64,000 bases of DNA from an uncultured Acidaminococcus sp. (GTDB taxonomy: Bacteria > Bacillota > Negativicutes > Acidaminococcales > Acidaminococcaceae). The position numbers and the translations under genes were made by a program. Under the pieces are notes generated by a model. That model saw nothing but the letters and a program-made list of their open reading frames with translations. It made no database searches and was not told where the DNA came from. Below, one piece after another: positions 1-8,885 of the stretch. The stretch is from the NCBI RefSeq assembly GCF_900538365.1, contig NZ_UPXT01000003.1; one strand, 5' to 3'. How positions within the stretch are numbered: the stretch's first letter is position 1; each line of letters opens with the position of its first letter.

Positions 1-356
1 CCGTTGGCGACAAAGTAAAGGATGTAAAAGGGGTTCCTGTCCTCATTGATGAAGTTAAAGTCGATGATGTCTCGGCCCTTCGCAGCATGGGGGATCAGCT
101 CCGTGATAAGACGGGCGGCATTGTTGTCCTTTTTGCAGCCATGGCGTCGGATAAGGTCAATATCCTCACGATGGCATCCAAAGAAGCCGTTGGGAAAGGC
201 GCCCACGCTGGCAAGATTGTCAAAGGCGCTGCCCAGGTCTTGGGCGGAAACGGCGGCGGCCGTCCTGATATGGCCCAAGCAGGAGGCAAGGATAGCGGAA
301 AGATTGCCGAGGCCATGACGGAAACCATGAAAGTTATTGAAAATATGATTCAATAA
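1..356 (+). CDS. alaS: Alanine--tRNA ligase, C-terminal fragment (5' end lies outside the window)
   Basis: The in-frame translation ends ...GGNGGGRPDMAQAGGKDSGKIAEAMTETM, which is typical of the AlaS C-terminal DHHA1 region. The frame is open from base 3. Confidence 0.8.
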   Translation, partial: VGDKVKDVKGVPVLIDEVKVDDVSALRSMGDQLRDKTGGIVVLFAAMASDKVNILTMASKEAVGKGAHAGKIVKGAAQVLGGNGGGRPDMAQAGGKDSGKIAEAMTETMKVIENMIQ

Positions 357-370
357 AGAGGTGTCGTTAC

Positions 371-901
371 ATGGATGCTAAAAGACGGATGGGAGAGGCC
401 ATGGGCCGGCTCCTTACGAAGAAACCGCTGAAACTCATCAGTGTCGCGGAACTTGTTCGGGAATCCGGTGTCACTAGGGACGCCTATGAGAAGGCCTTTG
501 CGTCCATGACAGACCTAGCCCATTATGAGTTTCTTCATATCCTAGCCGTCCATGGCCGAGATATCCTGGGCAGCAAGAGTTGGTCCGAAGCCCTTTACAA
601 GAAATTCCTCATGTATAAAAAGTATGAAGGGTTCTTCCGCCATCTGTATGAGAGTGATGATAACGAGCACTTTCGTCGGACCAACCGGCGCTTTGTCCGT
701 GATGCCTATACCATGATGCTGAGGCACTATGGGGTGGACGTCAATGATCCCCACATCCGATTTGCAGTGGAAATGGTCGTTTACGGCGGGGAAGAAATGA
801 CCATGCGCTGGATGATGGATGGAATGAAGGTTCCCATCGAGGTCATGTTGGTCCTCTTCCAGGAATCAATCCCAGTTTCCATCAGTCAGTATTTTTACTA
901 A
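371..901 (+). CDS. TetR/DhaS-like transcriptional regulator (putative)
   Basis: 176-aa ORF with a short N-terminal HTH-like segment (ISVAELVRESGVTRDAYEKAF) and a helical C-terminal domain that resembles dihydroxyacetone-kinase-regulator-type TetR proteins. Confidence 0.45.
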   Translation: MDAKRRMGEAMGRLLTKKPLKLISVAELVRESGVTRDAYEKAFASMTDLAHYEFLHILAVHGRDILGSKSWSEALYKKFLMYKKYEGFFRHLYESDDNEHFRRTNRRFVRDAYTMMLRHYGVDVNDPHIRFAVEMVVYGGEEMTMRWMMDGMKVPIEVMLVLFQESIPVSISQYFY

Positions 902-976
902 TGGCCGTGATCCGTTACGTTGTGCAGCTCGTTCATGAAGCGGGCTGCATGTTTTTCCCAAAAGGAGGGAATCGAT

Positions 977-1240
977 ATGTCACGTACGACTCAAGAAACC
1001 ACGATGTTTAAACCCGTTTCCAAGACGGAAACGGTTTCCCGGACCATCCACGAAGTCGTGGAAGCCCTCCAGGAAAAAGGCTATAACCCCATTGACCAAT
1101 TGGCTGGCTATCTGTTGAGTGGGGACCCGGCCTATGTGACGAGCTATAAGGATGCCCGTCTGAAAATCCGCCAATTCAATCGCTATGAACTGATTGAAGC
1201 CCTCCTACAATCCTATTTGAAGGAATTGCCCCAAAAATGA
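977..1240 (+). CDS. ireB: IreB-family regulatory phosphoprotein (UPF0297, YrzL-like)
   Basis: 87-aa product [14 protein letters not shown]...[36 protein letters not shown] precedes the ATG at 977. The position upstream of ruvX is conserved in Firmicutes. Confidence 0.8.
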   Translation: MSRTTQETTMFKPVSKTETVSRTIHEVVEALQEKGYNPIDQLAGYLLSGDPAYVTSYKDARLKIRQFNRYELIEALLQSYLKELPQK

Positions 1241-1653
1241 GAATCATGGGGCTTGACCTCGGAACACGTACTATCGGTGTCGCTGTAAGCGATGAGATGG
1301 GGCTGATTGCGCGCGGCATTGAAACCATTCGGCGCAGCGGAACCAAGAATGATTTGGCTCGCCTCCATGAATTGGTCCAAAAGGAAGAGGTGGGCGCCTT
1401 TGTCCTGGGCTACCCCAAAAACATGAATGGAACCATTGGCGAACGCGGAAAAGCAAGTGAGGCTTTTTCCAAATTACTGCAAGCCGAATTTCCTGATGCA
1501 AAGATTACCCTCTGGGATGAACGGCTTTCTACGGTGGCGGCAGAGAGGGTCCTGATCGATGCGGATTTGACACGTAAAAAACGCAAAAAAGTCATTGATA
1601 TGATGGCGGCCGTCGTCATCCTGCAAAATTATCTGGATAGCCTAAGGAGGTAA
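1237..1653 (+). CDS. ruvX: Holliday-junction resolvase-like RNase RuvX (YqgF)
   Basis: N-terminus [19 protein letters not shown], 138 aa, in the ireB-ruvX-DUF1292-mltG order seen in Firmicutes. Confidence 0.9.
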   Translation: MRIMGLDLGTRTIGVAVSDEMGLIARGIETIRRSGTKNDLARLHELVQKEEVGAFVLGYPKNMNGTIGERGKASEAFSKLLQAEFPDAKITLWDERLSTVAAERVLIDADLTRKKRKKVIDMMAAVVILQNYLDSLRR

Positions 1654-1657
1654 TGCC

Positions 1658-1972
1658 ATGACAAAAGATCAAGATATGCTCCAAACCGAAGATCAAGAGG
1701 CTTTGGTTGTTGTTACGGACGATAAAGGAAACAAGACCTACTATGCTGAAGAAATGGTCATCCCTATTGATAATAAGAGCTTTGCCCTTCTAGTCCGGGA
1801 ACCGATGGATGAAGAGGAAGCAGAAACTTTGGAAGAAGATGACGCGGTCATGATTGCCCGCATTGAATTTGATGCTGACGGCGAGCCCGTCTATGTGGAT
1901 CCGACGGATGAAGAATTTGAGGCCGTAAAAAAGGCTTATGAAGAAATCACCCAGGAGATGGATGGAGAGTAA
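1658..1972 (+). CDS. DUF1292 family protein (YrzB-like)
   Basis: 104-aa acidic protein, in the conserved position after ruvX, with an AGGAGG RBS. Confidence 0.75.
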   Translation: MTKDQDMLQTEDQEALVVVTDDKGNKTYYAEEMVIPIDNKSFALLVREPMDEEEAETLEEDDAVMIARIEFDADGEPVYVDPTDEEFEAVKKAYEEITQEMDGE

Positions 1973-1984
1973 GGAGCAAAGGAC

Positions 1985-3001
1985 ATGGCCAAAAAGCGTA
2001 TGTGTGTCCTTCTGGTTCTTTTGGCAGCCCTTAGTGGGGCTGTCTATTGGTACCTTCACGGATTCAACAACAATGCCAGTCTTGCAACAGGGACACGGGT
2101 CCATTTTACCATCAAGGAGGGCATGACAACGCGGGATATAGCCGCTTTGCTTCATGAGGAGAAGGCCGTACGCAGTCCGGAATTATTTCTCCTGACGGCA
2201 AAGCTGACCCATAAGGAGAGTATGCTGAAAGCGGGAAACTATGAAATCACGGCAGGCATGAGTGATGCCGAAATCATCGACATCATTGCGTCTGGAAAGA
2301 CGCGCTACAACAAGTTTACTGTGCCTGAAGCTTCGAGTATCCCCCAGATTGCGGCCAAACTGGAAAAGGAAAAGTTAGGTTCGGCCGAAGCTTTTCAAAA
2401 AGCGGCCATTGATTATGCACCGTATCCTTATATGGAGACGCCTAATCCTAATGTGATCTACAAGGCAGAAGGCTTTGCTTATCCTGCTACGTATGATCTG
2501 CCGGAAGGCGCTTCGGAAAAGGAAATCCTTGCCACCATGGTCAAAGAATTCAACCGCCGTCTGGATGAGGGACTAAAGGACCAGATCAAAGCAAGCGGTA
2601 TGAGTATCCGTGATGTGGTGAACCTTGCTGCCATGGTGGAAAAAGAAGCCGTTCATGAAGATGAGATGCCTCTTATTGCTGGTGTGTTCTTGAATCGCCT
2701 TCACAAGAACATGCCCATCCAATCCGATACAACCATCCAATATCTTTTAGGGTATCAAAAGGGAGATCTTCGCTATGATGATCTTAAAGTGGAATCTCCA
2801 TATAATACGTACCTGCATCCTGGGCTTCCGCCAGGACCGATTGCCAATCCCAGCGAGCAGGCAATCAAAGCTGTTCTCAATCCCCAAAAATCCGATTACC
2901 TCTATTTTGTAGCAGATAAGGATGGCTATCATCGTTTTACCAAGACCTATGAAGAACATAAGGCGATGATCCGCGCCATTCATGGAGACGTAGATATATG
3001 A
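1985..3001 (+). CDS. mltG: Endolytic murein transglycosylase MltG (YceG-like)
   Basis: N-terminal TM segment, YceG-like body (GNYEI, PPGPIANPS motifs), 338 aa. Confidence 0.85.
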   Translation: MAKKRMCVLLVLLAALSGAVYWYLHGFNNNASLATGTRVHFTIKEGMTTRDIAALLHEEKAVRSPELFLLTAKLTHKESMLKAGNYEITAGMSDAEIIDIIASGKTRYNKFTVPEASSIPQIAAKLEKEKLGSAEAFQKAAIDYAPYPYMETPNPNVIYKAEGFAYPATYDLPEGASEKEILATMVKEFNRRLDEGLKDQIKASGMSIRDVVNLAAMVEKEAVHEDEMPLIAGVFLNRLHKNMPIQSDTTIQYLLGYQKGDLRYDDLKVESPYNTYLHPGLPPGPIANPSEQAIKAVLNPQKSDYLYFVADKDGYHRFTKTYEEHKAMIRAIHGDVDI

Positions 3002-4221
3002 ATCAAATTGAACTTCTTGCACCTGCCGGGAGCCTCGATAAGTGTAAAATGGCGCTCCGCTATGGTGCCGATGCAGTCTATTTGGGCGGCAAGGCTTTCG
3101 GACTGAGGGCCTTTGCCGCAAATTTTTCAATGGAAGAAATCAGGGAAGCCTGCGCGTTTGCCCATGCCCTGGGAAAGAAAATCTATGTGACCGTGAACGT
3201 TGTTCCCCACAACGGTGACCTTCCCCAGCTTCCCTCTTATTTAAAGGAATTGGAGGAAGCAGGCGTGGATGCGCTTCTTGTTTCCGATATCGGTGTCTGG
3301 ATGATGGCTCGCAGAATCGTACCGAACTTAGCCCTTCATGTCAGCACACAGGCCAACGTGACAAACTATGAGGCCGCCAAGGCTTGGGAGGCGCTCGGTG
3401 CCGAGCGGGTGGTTCTTGCTAGGGAATTGTCCCTCGGGGAGATATCTGAAATCGTGCGCAATATCCATGCAGAAGTTGAGGTCTTTGTCCATGGCGCGAT
3501 GTGTATTTCCTATTCGGGACGTTGCCTTTTGAGCAACTATTTTACGGGGCGGGACAGCAACCGAGGCGCTTGTGCCCAGGTCTGCCGCTGGGAATTTTCC
3601 CTAAAAGAAAAAAATCGCCCTCATGAGGACTTTGATATTGCTGAAGATGAGCACGGCACGTATATCATGAATTCCAAGGACCTTTGTCTTTTGGACCATT
3701 TGCCCGACCTCATCAAAAGCGGTGTAAAAAGTCTCAAGATCGAAGGACGCATGAAGAGTATCCATTATGTCGCAACGGTGGTGAGCGTTTATCGCAAGGC
3801 CATTGATGCCTATTTGAGGGACCCGGAACAGTTCAGCGTGCTCCCTGAATGGAAGGAAGAGCTGCTCAAAATTTCCCATCGGCCTTATACGACGGGCTTT
3901 TTTGAACACAGACCGGAAGCGGACAGTCAGGTCTATACGACAAGCTCCTATGAACAAACAGCGGATTTTGTAGGTCTTGTGAAAGACTACGATGCCGCTT
4001 CGGGGAGGGTAACGCTGGAGCAGCGCAACCACGTGAAGGAAGGGGAGACCCTTGAGATCCTGACGCCTGGGGGAACGGTTTTTTCCTGGACACTGTCGGA
4101 TATGGAGGATGAAACGGGCACGCCCATTGTTGCTGCCCCTCATGCGCAGATGATTTTTACGGCTGCAGGGGACATCCGCATGGAACCTTATTCCCTAGTG
4201 CGGCGCCTCAAAAAGACCTAG
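2998..4221 (+). CDS. Peptidase U32 family protein (collagenase-like)
   Basis: MNQIELLAPAGSLDKCKMALRYGADAVYLGG... is a typical U32 N-terminus, 407 aa. Its start overlaps the mltG stop. Confidence 0.85.
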   Translation: MNQIELLAPAGSLDKCKMALRYGADAVYLGGKAFGLRAFAANFSMEEIREACAFAHALGKKIYVTVNVVPHNGDLPQLPSYLKELEEAGVDALLVSDIGVWMMARRIVPNLALHVSTQANVTNYEAAKAWEALGAERVVLARELSLGEISEIVRNIHAEVEVFVHGAMCISYSGRCLLSNYFTGRDSNRGACAQVCRWEFSLKEKNRPHEDFDIAEDEHGTYIMNSKDLCLLDHLPDLIKSGVKSLKIEGRMKSIHYVATVVSVYRKAIDAYLRDPEQFSVLPEWKEELLKISHRPYTTGFFEHRPEADSQVYTTSSYEQTADFVGLVKDYDAASGRVTLEQRNHVKEGETLEILTPGGTVFSWTLSDMEDETGTPIVAAPHAQMIFTAAGDIRMEPYSLVRRLKKT

Positions 4222-4345
4222 AAAAAGTTCTTTTTGAAAAATTCCGTATGATTTTGTACACTTTCCCTAAAATTTTCCCGTTTCAATATAGGCAAATTGA
4301 AGGGAATATGCTAATATAGTAGGGTACTTTTGTGGGAGGTCGCTT

Positions 4346-5398
4346 ATGAAACCATTACTTACGCTCAGAACCTTCCTCCGGGAGGAAGGCGTACAGGGAA
4401 TCTTCATCAAAGGTGATTCATCTATTCGCTACTTTACGGGTTTTACGGGCGGTGAAAGTCTTCTTTATGTGGATGCTAATCGGGCTGTTCTCATTACGGA
4501 TTCACGCTACATCCTGCAGGCGCAGCAGCAGGCTCCTGAATGTGAGGTCCTAGAACACCAGCATGGTCTTTTTTCCGTCGTGGATCAAGTAAGACCGGCA
4601 CGGCGTTTGGCCCTTGATGGCGACTATTTTTCCTATACGGAAGCCACGGCCCTGCAAAAGGCCCTTCCTGAAGCAAGCTTTAAGAGTGTGAATCTCGTCT
4701 TCCTGCGGGCAGTCAAGACCCCGGAGGAACAGAAAAAAATGTTCAAAGCAGCCGCTATTGCTGACGACGCTTTTCATGAACTGATTCCCCACATCAAAGT
4801 GGGGCGGAGAGAATCGGAACTTGCTGCAGAGCTTGAGTATAATATGCGAAAAAGAGGGGCCCAGAAAACCTCTTTTGATACAATTGTTGCTTCCGGCGTG
4901 CGCAGCGCCCTGCCTCATGGAGTGGCCTCAAATAAGGTTATTGAGGAAGGTGACTTCGTCACGTTTGATTTTGGCTGTATCTATGACGGCTACTGCAGTG
5001 ATATGACCCGCACGGTCGTCATGGGAAAAGCGGCTCCTTGGCAAAAGGAAATCTACGAGATTGTCCTTGCTGCCAATGAACTGGGGGAAGAAGTCCTATT
5101 TCCTGGCAAGACAGGCATTGAAGTGGATCAGGCCGTCCGTGATTTTATCGCGTCCAAGGGATATGGTGCTTACTTTGGCCATGGACTGGGTCATGGGGTG
5201 GGTCTTGATATCCACGAAAAGCCGAACCTCAACAAGGGCAACCCGGACCCGATTCCTTTAGATGCCATCGTAACGGTGGAACCGGGCATCTATTTGCCGG
5301 GCAAAGGCGGCGTCCGTATTGAAGATACCGTCATTGTGACGGCATGGGGCTGTGAGCGGCTGACGCTGGTTGAAAAGGAACTTATGGAAATCCTATAA
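4346..5398 (+). CDS. pepP: M24 family Xaa-Pro aminopeptidase
   Basis: Creatinase/prolidase fold with metal ligands [13 protein letters not shown]. Located upstream of efp as in Bacillus (yqhT-efp). Confidence 0.85.
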   Translation: MKPLLTLRTFLREEGVQGIFIKGDSSIRYFTGFTGGESLLYVDANRAVLITDSRYILQAQQQAPECEVLEHQHGLFSVVDQVRPARRLALDGDYFSYTEATALQKALPEASFKSVNLVFLRAVKTPEEQKKMFKAAAIADDAFHELIPHIKVGRRESELAAELEYNMRKRGAQKTSFDTIVASGVRSALPHGVASNKVIEEGDFVTFDFGCIYDGYCSDMTRTVVMGKAAPWQKEIYEIVLAANELGEEVLFPGKTGIEVDQAVRDFIASKGYGAYFGHGLGHGVGLDIHEKPNLNKGNPDPIPLDAIVTVEPGIYLPGKGGVRIEDTVIVTAWGCERLTLVEKELMEIL

Positions 5399-5430
5399 GC
5401 TTATCAAGAAAATTTTTGGAGGGTATTTCA

Positions 5431-5988
5431 ATGATTTCTACGAACGATTTTAAAACAGGTGTAACAGTTGAAATTGATGGCGATGCTTGGCAGGTAGTTG
5501 AATTCCAGCACGTCAAACCGGGGAAAGGGGCAGCCTTTGTCCGTGCCAAGATGCGCAACCTTTGTACAGGTGCTGTTGTTGAACGTACGTTCAATGCCGC
5601 TGAACGTCTCCCGAATGCTGAAGTCGTTCGCCGTGAAATGCAATACCTTTATGAAAATGATGGTATGTATGTCTTCATGGACAATGAAACCTACGAACAA
5701 ATCGAACTCAACAAAGATCAACTGGGCAGCGCCATGAACTTCCTCAAGGAAAACATGAACGTCAAGATTTCTTCCTTCGATAACCGGATCCTGGGGGTCG
5801 AACTGCCGAATACGGTTGAACTCACTGTTGTTGAAACGGAACCGGGCATCAAAGGGGATACCGCTACGGGCGGCAACAAGAATGCGACCATGGACACGGG
5901 ATATGTGGTAAAGGTCCCTCTGTTCATCAACGAAGGCGATGTGCTTCGTATCGATACCCGTACGGGCGAGTACATCGAAAGAGCATAA
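5431..5988 (+). CDS. efp: Elongation factor P
   Basis: [44 protein letters not shown] is canonical EF-P. Confidence 0.95.
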   Translation: MISTNDFKTGVTVEIDGDAWQVVEFQHVKPGKGAAFVRAKMRNLCTGAVVERTFNAAERLPNAEVVRREMQYLYENDGMYVFMDNETYEQIELNKDQLGSAMNFLKENMNVKISSFDNRILGVELPNTVELTVVETEPGIKGDTATGGNKNATMDTGYVVKVPLFINEGDVLRIDTRTGEYIERA

Positions 5989-6023
5989 GGGACTTCCTGC
6001 CCTGGGCAGGACTTTCCAATCGA

Positions 6024-6054
6024 AAACGAGCCTCGGAAACAGGCTCGTTTTTCT
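6024..6054 (+). terminator. Rho-independent terminator after efp
   Basis: aaacgagcct-cggaaac-aggctcgttt followed by a T-run. It is preceded by a second short hairpin (tcctgccctgggcagga) at 5995-6011. Confidence 0.8.
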
Positions 6055-6096
6055 ATATGACGGTAACCAGCCCTTTTGTGCAGAAAGGAAAGCGAC

Positions 6097-6708
6097 ATGA
6101 AAACCATTTACCTCGTCCGTCATGGACGAACAAGGTCCAATGAAGAAGGCCGTTTCCAGGGCTGGGAGGATCATCCGCTCAGTCCAGTGGGACAGGAACA
6201 GGCTCTTTCCCTTAAAAAACGAGCCCATGACCTTACAATTGCGGCCCTTTATACATCCGATCTTGTGAGGACCAAGGAAACGGCACAGCCTCTTGCCGAA
6301 GAAAAACACCTAGTCCCACAGGCCCATACAGCCTTTCGAGAAATTTCCTTTGGCGAGTGGGAAGGCTGCCGAATTGCAGACTTAAGGAAAACGGACCAGA
6401 AGCGCCTTCAGACGCTCTGGCTGACACCGACCCAAGTGACGCTCTCCGGTGCGGAAGACCTCCAAGAGGCCCAGGCGCGCGGAATGAAGGGGCTCAACGA
6501 AATTAAGGATGCCATGGAAGAGGACACAGCCATTATGGTTGTAAGCCATGGGGGGATGATCCGCCTGTTACTATGCAGCATCCTCCAATCCCCTATTGAC
6601 TGCATGTGGCGTTTGACCTTGGATAATACAAGTGTAACCAAACTGACCTATGATGATCTGATGGGGTATCGTGTGATTTACCTCAATCAAATGGGATTGT
6701 TGACTTAA
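6097..6708 (+). CDS. Histidine phosphatase family protein (phosphoglycerate mutase superfamily)
   Basis: MKTIYLVRHGRTRSNEEGRFQGWEDHPLS carries the RHG catalytic motif. Confidence 0.85.
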   Translation: MKTIYLVRHGRTRSNEEGRFQGWEDHPLSPVGQEQALSLKKRAHDLTIAALYTSDLVRTKETAQPLAEEKHLVPQAHTAFREISFGEWEGCRIADLRKTDQKRLQTLWLTPTQVTLSGAEDLQEAQARGMKGLNEIKDAMEEDTAIMVVSHGGMIRLLLCSILQSPIDCMWRLTLDNTSVTKLTYDDLMGYRVIYLNQMGLLT

Positions 6709-6723
6709 GCGGAGATCCTCTCT

Positions 6724-7680
6724 TTGCACTCCTTTTCCCCTCTTGATGGTATCTGGTATAATGGTATCATCCAAAAAAAGTTAGGAGAGATTTTTATTTT
6801 AGAATTTAAACATGTCGATATATCGGATAAGCCTATTTTTGATGATTACTATAACGAAGCGGATTATCGCGGCTCAGAGTGCTGTTTTGGCTCAACCTTC
6901 ATTTGGCGTGGCTGCTATGATACGTTCTGGGCAATCAGCCACGGCGCCCTTATCCTTAAGGTCACCGTCAATGGTGTCACCTTTGTCCTGCCTCCTTTCG
7001 GCGGTAAGGATGAGGATATGCCTCTTATCGTAAATGCGCTGAAAGAATATTTTGGCGGGTCTTTTGAATTTCATGGTATCTATGAATCGACGATGGAACG
7101 ATTCAAGCGGACTATGCCGGAAATCACGGAGTACACAGAAGACAGGGATAACTGGGATTACGTCTACGACAGGGAGAAGCTTGCGACCTTATCGGGACGA
7201 AAGTATCATAGTAAGAAGAACCATTACAATGCGTTCATCAAGGAACACCCTGATTACGTCTATGAGGAAATCAATGCCTCAAATAAAGATGAATGTATTG
7301 CCTTTGGCAAGGCTTGGTGTGCCCAACGGGCCGAGACCGATCCATCAATCAAATGCGAGGCCTGCGCCATTGAAGAAGGGCTAAACAACATGGAATTCCT
7401 AAAGATTCGCGGCGGCCTCATCCGTTTGGATGGTCAGGTCAAAGCCTTTACCTTCGGGGAAAAGGTCAGCGAACACACGGCGGTAGTCCATGTCGAAAAA
7501 GCAGACCCCGATATCCGCGGCCTGTTTACTGCCATCAATAAGGACTTTGTTCAGAATGCCTGGCCGGATGTGCAGTTTATTAACAGGGAAGAGGACATGG
7601 GAAAGGAAGGACTCAGGAAAGCCAAGGAATCCTATAATCCCATCTTCATGGTCAAGAAATACAATACGATCATTCGTTAA
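6724..7680 (+). CDS. DUF2156 domain protein (standalone MprF C-terminal-like aminoacyl-tRNA-dependent transferase domain)
   Basis: About 318 aa resembling the C-terminal (LPG-synthase C, DUF2156) domain of aminoacyl-phosphatidylglycerol synthases, with no membrane domain. The start (TTG at 6724, GGAG 9 nt upstream) is uncertain. Confidence 0.6.
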   Translation: MHSFSPLDGIWYNGIIQKKLGEIFILEFKHVDISDKPIFDDYYNEADYRGSECCFGSTFIWRGCYDTFWAISHGALILKVTVNGVTFVLPPFGGKDEDMPLIVNALKEYFGGSFEFHGIYESTMERFKRTMPEITEYTEDRDNWDYVYDREKLATLSGRKYHSKKNHYNAFIKEHPDYVYEEINASNKDECIAFGKAWCAQRAETDPSIKCEACAIEEGLNNMEFLKIRGGLIRLDGQVKAFTFGEKVSEHTAVVHVEKADPDIRGLFTAINKDFVQNAWPDVQFINREEDMGKEGLRKAKESYNPIFMVKKYNTIIR

Positions 7681-7692
7681 GGGAGGTTGAGC

Positions 7693-8874
7693 ATGGATTT
7701 TCGTCTCATCAATGAAAAGACACTGCCCCAAGTAGCGGCGCTCTGGGATGAATGCTTCGAAAAGAAAGGAACCCCATTTTACGAATGGTATTTCTCCGAG
7801 TATGCGTTGAAGCAGAACAAGATGTTAGGCGGCTTTGAGGATGATCAGCTGATGACGATGGTGCACCTGAACCCTTACACGGTCCAGGTAAGGGACAAGG
7901 ATTTCCGCGTGCCTTATTTGGTCGGCGTCGCTACGGCCCCAGAAGCCCGAGGGCGTCACGTAATGGGCGAACTCATGGATAAGACATTTACCATGCTGCG
8001 GGCCATGAAGGTCCCTTTTGTCATCCTCATGCCAATCCATGCAGGGATTTACCAGCCCTATGGCTTTAGTTTTACGGCCCTTCGCACCCAGTATGAATTA
8101 CCCCTGCGGGAGATTGACCTTGTAGGCGAAAGCCTTACGGGGTATACTTTTCATAGGATTTCTACTAAAGAGGCCGAGACGCCGCTGGCACTGGTTTATG
8201 ATGGCGCCATGGCGGCTTATACAGGATATGTCAAAAGAAAGCACCGGGAATGGGAAAACTTGCTTGTGTCAGGGTCCCAGGAAGGCCTCGAGACCGTAGT
8301 GCTCAAAAACGGGGAAAAGCCCTGCGGATATGCCCTCTATCAGAAAGGGGAAGGGACCATAAGCATCCAGGAGCTGATGGCGCTTGACCAGACCGCCAAA
8401 CTTGAGCTCCTGCATTATTTCAAGGGGTTTTACGGAACCTTTGGAAAGCTTTCCTATCTTGGACCCAGTGATGACCTGCTGTACTTGAGGCTCCCCAGTC
8501 AAGAGCTGGCGCCCCGGATGGTGCCTTTTATGATGGGAAGGATCGTGAACGCGGCCCAGGTTCTGCAAGCTCTTTTCGTTCCCGATTGCCTTGTAGGTAA
8601 GGACCTCGTCATTGGGATCCGAGACGAGCAGGTGCCCCTCAACACGATGCTCGTGAAGATGCATTTTGACGAAAAAGGGGTTACCCTTTTCAATACGCTT
8701 GATGATCCAACGGTTCTCATGGATATTTCCAGTCTGACCCAGCTCTTTTTCGGGACGTACGGAGCCCGGGAGCTGAAAGATGCGGGCTTTATCCACGTGG
8801 AAGAAGAATCATCCTTGTGGACGCTTGAAACGTTGTTCCCCAAAAAAGTAAACTTTATCAATGAATATTTTTAA
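7693..8874 (+). CDS. Eis-like GNAT family N-acetyltransferase (GNAT + SCP2-like C-terminal domain)
   Basis: About 394 aa. The N-terminal GNAT fold (VGVATAPEARGRHVMGELM) and a length of roughly 400 aa are typical of Eis/COG4552 proteins. A GGGAGG RBS lies 6 nt upstream of the ATG at 7693. Confidence 0.65.
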   Translation: MDFRLINEKTLPQVAALWDECFEKKGTPFYEWYFSEYALKQNKMLGGFEDDQLMTMVHLNPYTVQVRDKDFRVPYLVGVATAPEARGRHVMGELMDKTFTMLRAMKVPFVILMPIHAGIYQPYGFSFTALRTQYELPLREIDLVGESLTGYTFHRISTKEAETPLALVYDGAMAAYTGYVKRKHREWENLLVSGSQEGLETVVLKNGEKPCGYALYQKGEGTISIQELMALDQTAKLELLHYFKGFYGTFGKLSYLGPSDDLLYLRLPSQELAPRMVPFMMGRIVNAAQVLQALFVPDCLVGKDLVIGIRDEQVPLNTMLVKMHFDEKGVTLFNTLDDPTVLMDISSLTQLFFGTYGARELKDAGFIHVEEESSLWTLETLFPKKVNFINEYF

Positions 8875-8885
8875 GGGAGGCTGTC

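Noticed and set aside
5428-6309. 293-aa minus-strand ORF
   Set aside because: It is antisense to efp and to the efp terminator region, with no RBS, while EF-P on the + strand is canonical.
6752-6761. TATAAT hexamer inside the 5' end of the DUF2156 ORF, considered as evidence for a later start codon
   Set aside because: No in-frame ATG, GTG or TTG with an SD follows it (only ATT). The TTG at 6724 has a GGAG 9 nt upstream. It is more likely an incidental hexamer or an internal promoter. The start remains uncertain and is flagged in the feature.
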